64,000 bases of DNA from Lachnospiraceae bacterium. Lineage in GTDB: Bacteria > Bacillota > Clostridia > Lachnospirales > Lachnospiraceae. This document shows, piece after piece, positions 24,932-33,211 of the stretch. Location: contig JAZUKG010000232.1 of assembly GCA_045643145.1 (NCBI GenBank), positions 31,412-95,411 on the forward strand. The letters run 5' to 3'. The notes below the pieces were generated by a model, which was given only the letters and a program-made list of their open reading frames with translations, did no database searches and was not told the origin of the DNA. A program made the translations under genes and the position numbers. Every line of letters starts with the position of its first letter. Within the stretch, counting starts at the first letter, position 1.

Positions 24932-26386
24932 TTATAAATCCAGATAAAAATACGTTTTTTCATAATGTCTGCTATATCCATATTTGCTGGCTATATCCGC
25001 ACTGCAATGCGCCCTATCAATACAGGCATCTAAATGAAATCTTTTGTTGTTTTTTGTATTTTGGATATTAAGCTGTACCATATCCATCATTCGATTCAGC
25101 TTGGTCTGTTTTGGCATAACCGATAACATTAATCCCAAGTATTCTTCATAGTTTAGGCCTTCCTTTTGACCTTCTATCTCGTCAACTGCTCCGGATAGCA
25201 TTCCCTCCAGGCTGTAATGCCAGTTTGTTTCATCTTTCATCAGGACAACTCGTTTACCCTGCAAAAGGCATTTCACATCATATAAACTCTCCATATATCC
25301 CCAGGCAAACAATAAAGATATTTTTACCGGTTCAATCAGTGCCGGAACTCCGACTAAAGAACAAACTTCCGTTGCCAGCGCCAGCGCCTCACCATTTTTG
25401 ACAGGGTCAGAAAAAAGATATGTCACATTGCTGATTTCACGCATTAGTATCAGTCTGTTTACGACATATTTTAAATTCTCCTCATCGGTATCTTTACCGC
25501 CCAAAATGTATTCAAGCTGATAGTTCAGTGCATCCTCTGACAGTTCACTCAAATAGCTTTGACAGTGCTCCTTGATATAACCATCAAAAAGCAGTGTTTC
25601 GCCGAAGGATACCTTATCTCTGCCCTTTAGTCCTTCTCCCTGAAACCGGGGAGTACTGTCAGATACTTTTTCTCTTCCTGAGATACTGGCAGCAGATACG
25701 AGATCATCACTTTGCATAACCAGTAAAAGCACTCCCGATGGTCTGCTGGTATTAATCGCATCTGCCGGGTTCTCAAATTCGATTTCCTCTGTTATCGGGT
25801 TTCCTTCTTCATCCAGTTCACCGGTTTCTTTCCCTTTCTTTTTCAGTTCCTCTATCAAACTGTGATTTGCACTGATTTCCGAATCAATATCTCTGGTAAA
25901 AAATTGATTTTCTTCAGCTATTTTCAGGGATTTTTTTAAATCCTCTAAATAGTCCAACCCATATTTTTCTTTCATATAGGTAATAGCCTGCTTTTCAAAA
26001 ACACTGTTATGATCATCTGTTGCATAGCTGACATTTGTAATTTCCGTATCCTCTAAAAAGCTTTTGGTAAAATCCCTAATCGGATACGCTATATCCTTTT
26101 TACTCAGATTTTCACTGACATAATAAGAAAAATGCTTATTGGTATTTTTTACGCAAGGACTTCCGGTTTGATATGAGGTGTCAATAAACAGGACATGATA
26201 TCTGTCAAAAAGTTCCCTGTTATATTCACCAAAGACAGAATAAATTCCCAGATTGAAGGCGCATTCAAACTGCATCTGCATCGCGTTCTGCCTGGCTCCT
26301 TCAATTACAGTAACAAACAAACTTAATAAAACCGAAAGCGTCAAGATCAGATAGACACTGACAGATCCTTTTTGCTTTTTCTTCAT
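24932..26386 (-). CDS. Large pseudopilin-like protein (TadG/DUF5702-like)
   Basis: 484 aa. N-terminus MKKKQKG/SVSVYLILTLSVLL is pilin-like but has Tyr where Glu+5 is expected. Confidence 0.62.
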   Translation of the reverse strand: MKKKQKGSVSVYLILTLSVLLSLFVTVIEGARQNAMQMQFECAFNLGIYSVFGEYNRELFDRYHVLFIDTSYQTGSPCVKNTNKHFSYYVSENLSKKDIAYPIRDFTKSFLEDTEITNVSYATDDHNSVFEKQAITYMKEKYGLDYLEDLKKSLKIAEENQFFTRDIDSEISANHSLIEELKKKGKETGELDEEGNPITEEIEFENPADAINTSRPSGVLLLVMQSDDLVSAASISGREKVSDSTPRFQGEGLKGRDKVSFGETLLFDGYIKEHCQSYLSELSEDALNYQLEYILGGKDTDEENLKYVVNRLILMREISNVTYLFSDPVKNGEALALATEVCSLVGVPALIEPVKISLLFAWGYMESLYDVKCLLQGKRVVLMKDETNWHYSLEGMLSGAVDEIEGQKEGLNYEEYLGLMLSVMPKQTKLNRMMDMVQLNIQNTKNNKRFHLDACIDRAHCSADIASKYGYSRHYEKTYFYLDL

Positions 26387-26388
26387 GC

Positions 26389-26556
26389 TTATACCTTTTT
26401 CGTCTCGGTTGTAATAGTTTTAAATATGTTGGTAACCAGCTTTGTCAGTTCTTTTTTAAACAAAAGAACAATTCCAATCAGAACCACCAATATCAAAATC
26501 AACTCAACGGTTCCGATTCCTCTTTCATCCATCCATAATTTTTTCATCTCTTGCAT
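26389..26556 (-). CDS. flp: Flp-family type IVb pilin (major Tad pilin), 55 aa, not in the supplied ORF track
   Basis: My translation: MQEMKKLWMDERG/IGTVELILILVVLIGIVLLFKKELTKLVTNIFKTITTETKKV. RBS AGGAGA lies 7 nt upstream. The G-x4-E motif is followed by a hydrophobic helix. The stop lies 2 nt from the next start. Confidence 0.8.
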   Translation of the reverse strand: MQEMKKLWMDERGIGTVELILILVVLIGIVLLFKKELTKLVTNIFKTITTETKKV

Positions 26557-26600
26557 CACTATTCTCCTTTCTTATTTATTTGACCCATATTGTCTTCCTC

Positions 26601-28019
26601 TTAAAAAGACATAAAAGCAGGTACAATAATCAGTATCATAACTACCATTAGCATTCCCATCATAGGAAGCAAAAGCTTGGTACTGGCCAGTTCTCCCAGC
26701 TTTCTTGCTTCATTTTTTCTTTTTTGAAATGCTTCCTTTGACTCTAAATAAAGCTGAAGCGTAAGTTCTTCATTTCCTTTTTTCATATTCTGAATTAATA
26801 GCGCACAAAGCTTTATATAATAAGAATTTTTGCATCTTTTTCCAAAATCATCCAAGGCCTTTGTTTCCAGCTCACCATTTTGCATATCTCGTTCAAACAG
26901 TTTGAGCTCCTGCCTGAGACATCCGTCGATTCCCTTTGATTTACTCAGTTTTTCAAAAGCAGAACGCATACTCAGTCCGGCTCCCATCAGTAATGAAAGC
27001 TGACTGACAAACTCCGGATATGCCAGCATTAGCAGTGTTTGTCTTTGATCTTTTAATTTATCCAAATCTCTGTCCTTGGCAAAAAAGAAAAGAATACAAA
27101 ATATGATCAGACCTAAAAAATACCACCCGGTATATCCGGATTTTATAGGTTCGTACTCTACCCTTTCTTTTGATATGGTTTGCGGTAAATGAAAGGTTTG
27201 ATTGGTTTTTTGCTTTTCATCTTCTTCTTTTAAGGCCTGCAAAAAAAGATTTGTCTGTTCTTCCTTTTCTGATATGATCTTTGGACACACCTTTATAGGG
27301 AATTCATAAATTTCTATTTCTTCACCCTGATAAGAAATCAAACAGGTACAAATCAACACACAAGGTTCTTTTAGCTCCTCATTATCCAGTTCACCTTCCT
27401 CTGTCATCAGGCTATAATCTGAGATTTCCCAATCCGTTTCAAACCCAAACCCATCATAAGAATCCTTTAAAAGCAGGTTCTCCCTAACCTCATCCAGCGA
27501 TTGATTCGTTCCTAAAATATACTCTTCTATGGAGCCGATAAATTCCTCCGCCTGTTTTGTTATTTCTTCTTTTGTATAGCTCCTGGCCAAAATCGAATAG
27601 GAGAGTTTTTCCTTTTGATCCTTTTGTTTGACCCAAAAAGAGACCGGTGTATCCTCTTCTCCATATTCCGCTCTTAACACCTCATCATTTGTCAAAAATA
27701 CAGAGTTTTTGTAATCTCTGTATGCAAGCAATGCAATGAGATGAACCCCAATAAAAAAACAAATAAGTACCAGGCTTAATTTTTTTGCATAAAAATGCAA
27801 AACCAGCGTCTTTGTTTCATAGGTTGGATACAATAGTTTTAATTTCTGTTTTATTTTGGATGGAATCAGATTCTGAATCGCCTTTATTTGAACGATCCAA
27901 AGTGCGATTTGATAAAAGAAAACGGAAATGTTTTTTTGATTTGATTTTACTTTGACCTTTCTGCTAAGGAAAAATAACAAAATATATATGAGCCAGATAC
28001 CGATTAAAATCCATTTCAT
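26601..28019 (-). CDS. tadC: TadC-like inner-membrane platform protein (T2SS-F domain) with a long N-terminal extension
   Basis: 472 aa. The C-terminal about 170 aa are T2SSF-like with a terminal TM pair. The N-terminal 300 aa are unassigned. Confidence 0.72.
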   Translation of the reverse strand: MKWILIGIWLIYILLFFLSRKVKVKSNQKNISVFFYQIALWIVQIKAIQNLIPSKIKQKLKLLYPTYETKTLVLHFYAKKLSLVLICFFIGVHLIALLAYRDYKNSVFLTNDEVLRAEYGEEDTPVSFWVKQKDQKEKLSYSILARSYTKEEITKQAEEFIGSIEEYILGTNQSLDEVRENLLLKDSYDGFGFETDWEISDYSLMTEEGELDNEELKEPCVLICTCLISYQGEEIEIYEFPIKVCPKIISEKEEQTNLFLQALKEEDEKQKTNQTFHLPQTISKERVEYEPIKSGYTGWYFLGLIIFCILFFFAKDRDLDKLKDQRQTLLMLAYPEFVSQLSLLMGAGLSMRSAFEKLSKSKGIDGCLRQELKLFERDMQNGELETKALDDFGKRCKNSYYIKLCALLIQNMKKGNEELTLQLYLESKEAFQKRKNEARKLGELASTKLLLPMMGMLMVVMILIIVPAFMSF

Positions 28020-28023
28020 ACAG

Positions 28024-28764
28024 TTATACCTCTATATCCATGATTTTTTCTGACAATAAAAACGAGGCGCCATATATCATCAGGCTGACTGTCATGATAC
28101 ATATTCCTGCCAGATTATGATACAGAGGATCAAAATACCCCGGAGAAGAAATACGAATATATAAAATAATACCGATTGGTATGATATTCATGAGTGACTG
28201 TTCGAATTTCTTTCCGCTGATCAACAATTGAATTTCTTCTTTGACCGTGATTTTATCACTTATAATCTGGGATGTATTTTGTATGATAAATGACAGATTT
28301 CCTCCCATTCTTTTTGCACTGGCAAAAACATTACAAAAATCCTCCACATCCTCTAACCCACTTCGATTGGCAAAGTCTAACAATAGCTCTTCTAACACCC
28401 TGTTATTTGACATTTGCTGAATCATTCGATTTACTTCTGTCAGAAAATCACTCTCTTTCGAATATAAATATTGTAAATCCAGGTAAGCCTGTTTAAATGC
28501 ATTTTCTATGGAATATCCTGCCTTGAGCCCATTGGAAAAGGATAAAATAAATTCCTTGAATTCTAACAACATGACTTCGGCTCTTTTTCTTCGCTCTTTT
28601 TCTTTTTCCTTTTTATGCAAAAACGGAAGGATGAATACACCAATCAGTGCAAACCCAAAACTATCATAGAATAATATGGAAATAATCAGAAACAAAACTA
28701 AATTCCTAATCATAAAAATAAGCCACTGTTTTTTATTCAGTTTATAATCCCTATAATCCGTCAT
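28024..28764 (-). CDS. tadB: TadB-like inner-membrane platform protein (T2SS-F domain)
   Basis: 246 aa. TM, cytoplasmic helical domain, then TM pair topology typical of TadB. Confidence 0.78.
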   Translation of the reverse strand: MTDYRDYKLNKKQWLIFMIRNLVLFLIISILFYDSFGFALIGVFILPFLHKKEKEKERRKRAEVMLLEFKEFILSFSNGLKAGYSIENAFKQAYLDLQYLYSKESDFLTEVNRMIQQMSNNRVLEELLLDFANRSGLEDVEDFCNVFASAKRMGGNLSFIIQNTSQIISDKITVKEEIQLLISGKKFEQSLMNIIPIGIILYIRISSPGYFDPLYHNLAGICIMTVSLMIYGASFLLSEKIMDIEV

Positions 28765-30023
28765 GACAAATCACATCCGGCCATTTTTATTTTTTCTGTG
28801 TGAAGCAGAGGATTTTTCTCCACCAGCATGCCGATGATTCTTCCGTCCTCTGTTTCCTCTTGTTCCTCAAATTCAAAAAGAGTCTGCAATTTAATTTCAC
28901 CATCCTCATATCCGATGATTTCATCTATCGACAGGATTCTTCTGCTTCGGTCTCGAAGTCTACCCAAATGAACAATCAGATCCACACCACTGGCTATTTG
29001 TCTTCGAATCGCTTCCAGGGGAAGATCCATCGCCATCAGAATCATAGTTTCCAGTCTTGATAGCATATCCTTTGCACTATTTGAATGTCCTGTACTAAGG
29101 GATCCGTCATGTCCTGTGTTAAAGGCCTGTATCATATCAAGAGCCTCCGCACCTCGAACCTCTCCGACGATAATACGATCCGGTCGCATTCGAAGCGATG
29201 ATTTAATCAGATCTCGAATTGTAATCGGAACAACTCCCTCCATATTGGCATTTCTGGTTTCCAGTCGAACCAGATTATCAATGTTTTGAAGCTTAAGCTC
29301 GGCGCTGTCTTCTATCGTAATGATTCGCTCATTTTGTGGTATATAGCCGGATAATACATTCAAAAATGTAGTTTTTCCGCTGCCGGTTCCGCCGCTTATA
29401 AAGATATTATATTTACAAATCACCAGCTTCTCTAAAAACTCTGCTGCCCTGATTGAAATAGATTGCATACGAATGAGATCCTCCATTTCTATCGGTTTAT
29501 CAGGGAAACGACGAATTGTCAGGATAGGTCCATTGATGGCAATTGGAGATAACACGACATTCACTCGGCAGCTTGCATCTGCCAAAATTTCTGTATCTTC
29601 CCGATCCGTTAAGGATAATCTGGCATCTACAATGGGATGGCTTTCATTTACCACACGATTTGATTTGCTGACAATCTGCTGTATGACATCCTCCAATTTT
29701 TCCTTGGATTCAAACTGCGCGTGGAAGCGTTCCAGTTTCCCGTTTCGCTCGATAAAAATATCTGAAATACCATTTACCATGATTTCCGTTACACTGCTGT
29801 CCTCAATAAGCTGTTGTAAAATATCGTACTTTCGAATAGAATGAAATATTTCCATTCGCAGTCGATTCTTTGTTGCCAGCGGCAGATATTGATCCTTTGA
29901 AAGGACTAATATTTCCTCCTCAATAATAGAAAGCACTTCCTCGTCACTGGCATCCACTCGATATTCAATTTGCTTTAACAAATTTTCCCTAATCCGGTTT
30001 TTAAGCATCGCATAGTCATGCAT
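28761..30023 (-). CDS. tadA: CpaF/TadA-family secretion ATPase
   Basis: 420 aa. Walker A GGTGSGKTT, Asp box, Walker B RIIVGEVRG, His box GHDGSLSTGH. Confidence 0.93.
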   Translation of the reverse strand: MHDYAMLKNRIRENLLKQIEYRVDASDEEVLSIIEEEILVLSKDQYLPLATKNRLRMEIFHSIRKYDILQQLIEDSSVTEIMVNGISDIFIERNGKLERFHAQFESKEKLEDVIQQIVSKSNRVVNESHPIVDARLSLTDREDTEILADASCRVNVVLSPIAINGPILTIRRFPDKPIEMEDLIRMQSISIRAAEFLEKLVICKYNIFISGGTGSGKTTFLNVLSGYIPQNERIITIEDSAELKLQNIDNLVRLETRNANMEGVVPITIRDLIKSSLRMRPDRIIVGEVRGAEALDMIQAFNTGHDGSLSTGHSNSAKDMLSRLETMILMAMDLPLEAIRRQIASGVDLIVHLGRLRDRSRRILSIDEIIGYEDGEIKLQTLFEFEEQEETEDGRIIGMLVEKNPLLHTEKIKMAGCDLS

Positions 30024-30987
30024 TTTGTATCAGTTCTTCTTTCAAATCGTTTGTTATTTTACTTATCGCTGCCTGACTTTTATCTTTTAGCCAGATTACC
30101 TTTTGCTTTTTTATGAGTTCCTCCTGTTCTAAGAGCTGAATTACCTTTTGAAACCGGTGATATTTAGCCTTTGCTACATCTCCTTCATGGAGCAGCATAA
30201 CGGTCTGATCACACAGCTTCAGCATTTGAAAAAAAGATGGCAGGCATTCTGACAGTTCTAAAATAATCACCTCATAATTGGTTCTTTCCTGTATTTTTTC
30301 AAACAGCTCCTTCCATTCATAAACAGAAATATCTTTTAATTCCTCAAACGAAGTGACCGGAGGCAGTACCGCTAAATCCCTTTCATGAATCAGCATACTT
30401 TCCAGACGATATTCAAATTTATCTGCTTCATTTTTTGCAAAGAAAAGCAGATTTAATAAGTCCTGATCTGTTTTTCCAGAAAGGTAAAGCTCCAATGCAG
30501 AAAATGCTTCCAGATTCATGTACAGCGCTTTTTTCTCTTTTGTGATTATCTGTCCCAAATCCAAAGCTATTTTCGTCTGTATTTCCGATAGAAATGGAGA
30601 ATAGAAACCTATAATCGTGCCTTTTTTATTATGATGTGGGAGAGGCGTTATTATGCCGGTATCTACCATTTCTTTCTCATACAATGTAAAAATATCTCTG
30701 CAAATGCGATCTGCGGATTGGTAATAGTAAATTCCTTCTTCACTTTTTTCCTTTGTAAAATAAAAGAAACGAGCTTTCTTTTCTAAAAGAAGCGCCTTAA
30801 CATATTCACTAATATCCGGTTCTACAAAATATAAAGCTGCCTCTGTATCTTTTACATACTGTATAAACTTTTCTTCATTATCAAAAGAAAAGCTTTCAAA
30901 ATAGTAATCGTATTTTTCAGATAAAAATGTTCCGAGGCTTTTAATGAAACCAGTATTCTGATCAAACAAAACGATTTGTGCTTTCAT
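30016..30987 (-). CDS. TadZ/CpaE-like protein: pseudo-receiver domain plus ParA/MinD-fold domain with a degenerate P-loop
   Basis: 323 aa. Its position is between the prepilin peptidase and tadA. IIGFYSPFLSEIQTK occupies the place of the KGGxGKT Walker A. Confidence 0.6.
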   Translation of the reverse strand: MKAQIVLFDQNTGFIKSLGTFLSEKYDYYFESFSFDNEEKFIQYVKDTEAALYFVEPDISEYVKALLLEKKARFFYFTKEKSEEGIYYYQSADRICRDIFTLYEKEMVDTGIITPLPHHNKKGTIIGFYSPFLSEIQTKIALDLGQIITKEKKALYMNLEAFSALELYLSGKTDQDLLNLLFFAKNEADKFEYRLESMLIHERDLAVLPPVTSFEELKDISVYEWKELFEKIQERTNYEVIILELSECLPSFFQMLKLCDQTVMLLHEGDVAKAKYHRFQKVIQLLEQEELIKKQKVIWLKDKSQAAISKITNDLKEELIQNA

Positions 30988-31418
30988 AGAATACCTCCTA
31001 TCAGGCTTTCTGTTAAAACCGCCAAAAAGATAAACGGGGCAAACTTCACATGATTTGGAGAAGATAAGCTTAGGCGGATTTTATGAAGCAATACCAAAAT
31101 CAAAGCATAGATACTTGCCAGGAGAAAAGCATAAATGCAAACAGAAATCGCCGGCTTTATGCCTAAAAATCCGACACAAAGACATAGCAGCTTGCAATCG
31201 CCTCCTCCGATAATCCCTATTTGAAATAATGGAAGCATAACCACCAGAAGCAGTGGTAAAAAAATAAAAATCAGAACTGCCTTTCCATACTGACCGCAAA
31301 GGAGCGGATAGGAAAAACAACAGACATAGCCGATAAGAATCAGCCGATTTGAAATCCTTTTGGATTTGAGATCCGTATACACTGCCAGACTCAAAATAAG
31401 CAGTAATAGTATTTTCAT
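30984..31418 (-). CDS. A24-family prepilin peptidase (CpaA/TadV-like)
   Basis: Start at MKILLLL (31418). Catalytic Asp motifs YTDLK and GGGDCKL. 5-6 TM helices. The longer ORF to 31496 has no RBS and an implausible N-terminus. Confidence 0.78.
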   Translation of the reverse strand: MKILLLLILSLAVYTDLKSKRISNRLILIGYVCCFSYPLLCGQYGKAVLIFIFLPLLLVVMLPLFQIGIIGGGDCKLLCLCVGFLGIKPAISVCIYAFLLASIYALILVLLHKIRLSLSSPNHVKFAPFIFLAVLTESLIGGIL

Positions 31419-31424
31419 GGTTCG

Positions 31425-31453
31425 ATTATAGGTTTCACTTTTTTGTTTGTAAA
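31425..31453 (-). promoter_or_regulatory. Sigma-A promoter candidate of the Tad operon
   Basis: Minus strand TTTACA-17 nt-TATAAT. The -10 element ends 6 nt before the ATG. Confidence 0.45.
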
Positions 31454-31509
31454 TATAGCATAATTCACAAAATCCACTTTTGTCAGATATACACAAAAAA
31501 TGGAATCAT

Positions 31510-31559
31510 AATAAAAATAAAAAAGGCGCAAACCCTTGTAAATACAAAGGTTTACGCCT
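31510..31559 (-). terminator. Rho-independent terminator of the flagellin-fliS operon
   Basis: Minus strand AGGCGTAAACCTTTG-loop-CAAGGGTTTGCGCCT followed by a T-rich run. Confidence 0.78.
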
Positions 31560-31576
31560 GTCAAAAACTATTTTCT

Positions 31577-32050
31577 TTATGCCAAAAATCCTCGATTTCC
31601 GTCCTTCATATAGCTTTCGTTAATGTCATCCTTACCATAGGTAAGTCCTGCATATACGACCTGAGCAGATTGCATAACCGGAAGCGAAGTATCATTTTCA
31701 CTATCCTTTTTATAGGTTTCATAGAGCTTTTTCATCAGTCTGTTTACATCCTTTAGAGGAGCAACATCTTTTTTCCCGTTTGCATAGCCCAATTGACCGC
31801 TGATAAACATATAAATCTGAAGCAGATTCCCTGCCAGTTCCATTTCCATGTTTAATGATGCAATCAGTTCATTTAAACAGTCATGCGCTCTGAAAATCGC
31901 TTTTGAAAAACCTTTTTTATCATTCTGAGAGAATAACTGTTCTGCTTCATTTGTATATTCAAAAAACAATTCATACAAAATTACAACCAGTCCGCTCTTA
32001 TTTGCCTGAGAAATTCTTCTGGTGTATTCTTTTTTCTTTTCATCAGTCAT
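31577..32050 (-). CDS. fliS: Flagellar export chaperone FliS (with C-terminal extension)
   Basis: 157 aa. Four-helix FliS pattern (LVVILYELF..., LNELIASLNMEMELAGNLLQIYMF). Located 12 nt downstream of the flagellin gene. Confidence 0.82.
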   Translation of the reverse strand: MTDEKKKEYTRRISQANKSGLVVILYELFFEYTNEAEQLFSQNDKKGFSKAIFRAHDCLNELIASLNMEMELAGNLLQIYMFISGQLGYANGKKDVAPLKDVNRLMKKLYETYKKDSENDTSLPVMQSAQVVYAGLTYGKDDINESYMKDGNRGFLA

Positions 32051-32062
32051 AAATACTTACTC

Positions 32063-33181
32063 CTACTGTAATAACTGTAACAATTCGGACGGTCTCTGGT
32101 TTGCCTGTGTCAAAATGGAAATTCCAGCCTGATTCAATACCTGGAGATTTGAATAATCTGTCATTTCTTCTGCCATATCTACGTCCATAATTCGCGAGTA
32201 AGCACCTGTCATGTTTTCGCTGGTGATATCCAAACTGTTTTCTGTATGCTCTAATCTGTTTTCATACGCACCGAGTCTGGAACGAATCTTTGAAATATAT
32301 GCATTTGCCTGCTTTGAAGCTTCAATTGCTTCATCGGCTCCTTCTTTTGTAGAAATATCAATATTTTCAAGTCCCATTTCTCTTAATGAAACTTCCGGAA
32401 TACGAATTGCCAATACCTGTCCTTCATTGGAACCAATCTGTACTCTCATCGCTCCGATTCCTGTGACATCTACATCTACCAAACCTGGGTTCATATTTTT
32501 ATCAACTGTAAATGTCATTTCAAAGTTATCTTTTGCGGTAACAATGACTTTGTCCTTCTGATAAGAAACAACCGCATCTTCAGGGAATGCATTTTCATCG
32601 TCCTGATCTAAAAGAAGACTGACACATCCGTCTGTTAAATCTACATTACCGTCCTCATCAACCGGAACACTGTTCACACTGAGCTGATACTTTTTAACCG
32701 GTACTTCATCAGAATAGTATCCGACATTTAATCCCTTTACAGAAGAATAACCCTTTAAATCACAGTCGCCGTTTAACAGCTTTTTACCGTTAAATTCGGT
32801 ATCATTCATCATTCTTTCAAGCTCACCCTTTAACTGGTTTACTTCTTCCTGAATGGCCTTTCTGTCTTCATCTGTCTTGGTTCCGTTAGCGGCACTGACT
32901 GCCAGTTCGCTAATTCTCTGTACCATAGACTGCATTTCAGAAATCGCACCTTCAGCGCTTCGTACCACGCTGATGGCATTACTTGCATTCTGATTGGCAT
33001 TGGATAATCCGGCAAGCTGTGCATTCATTCTTTTTGCAATGGCAATTCCGGATGGATTGTCTTTTGCATGGTTGATTTTATATCCGGTTGATAATTTTTC
33101 ACTTGATACGTTAAATTTTCTTTCATTTACTCCCAAAGAAGCATTTGCAATAACTGCGGATACGTTGTAATTAATCTTCAT
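32063..33181 (-). CDS. fliC: Flagellin
   Basis: 372 aa. Conserved D0/D1 N-terminus (MKINYNVSA...INHAKDNPSGIAIAKRMNAQ) and C-terminus (...QAGISILTQANQRPSELLQLLQ). Confidence 0.94.
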   Translation of the reverse strand: MKINYNVSAVIANASLGVNERKFNVSSEKLSTGYKINHAKDNPSGIAIAKRMNAQLAGLSNANQNASNAISVVRSAEGAISEMQSMVQRISELAVSAANGTKTDEDRKAIQEEVNQLKGELERMMNDTEFNGKKLLNGDCDLKGYSSVKGLNVGYYSDEVPVKKYQLSVNSVPVDEDGNVDLTDGCVSLLLDQDDENAFPEDAVVSYQKDKVIVTAKDNFEMTFTVDKNMNPGLVDVDVTGIGAMRVQIGSNEGQVLAIRIPEVSLREMGLENIDISTKEGADEAIEASKQANAYISKIRSRLGAYENRLEHTENSLDITSENMTGAYSRIMDVDMAEEMTDYSNLQVLNQAGISILTQANQRPSELLQLLQ

Positions 33182-33211
33182 AGGATAAATCCTCCTTATC
33201 TGATAGACCTT

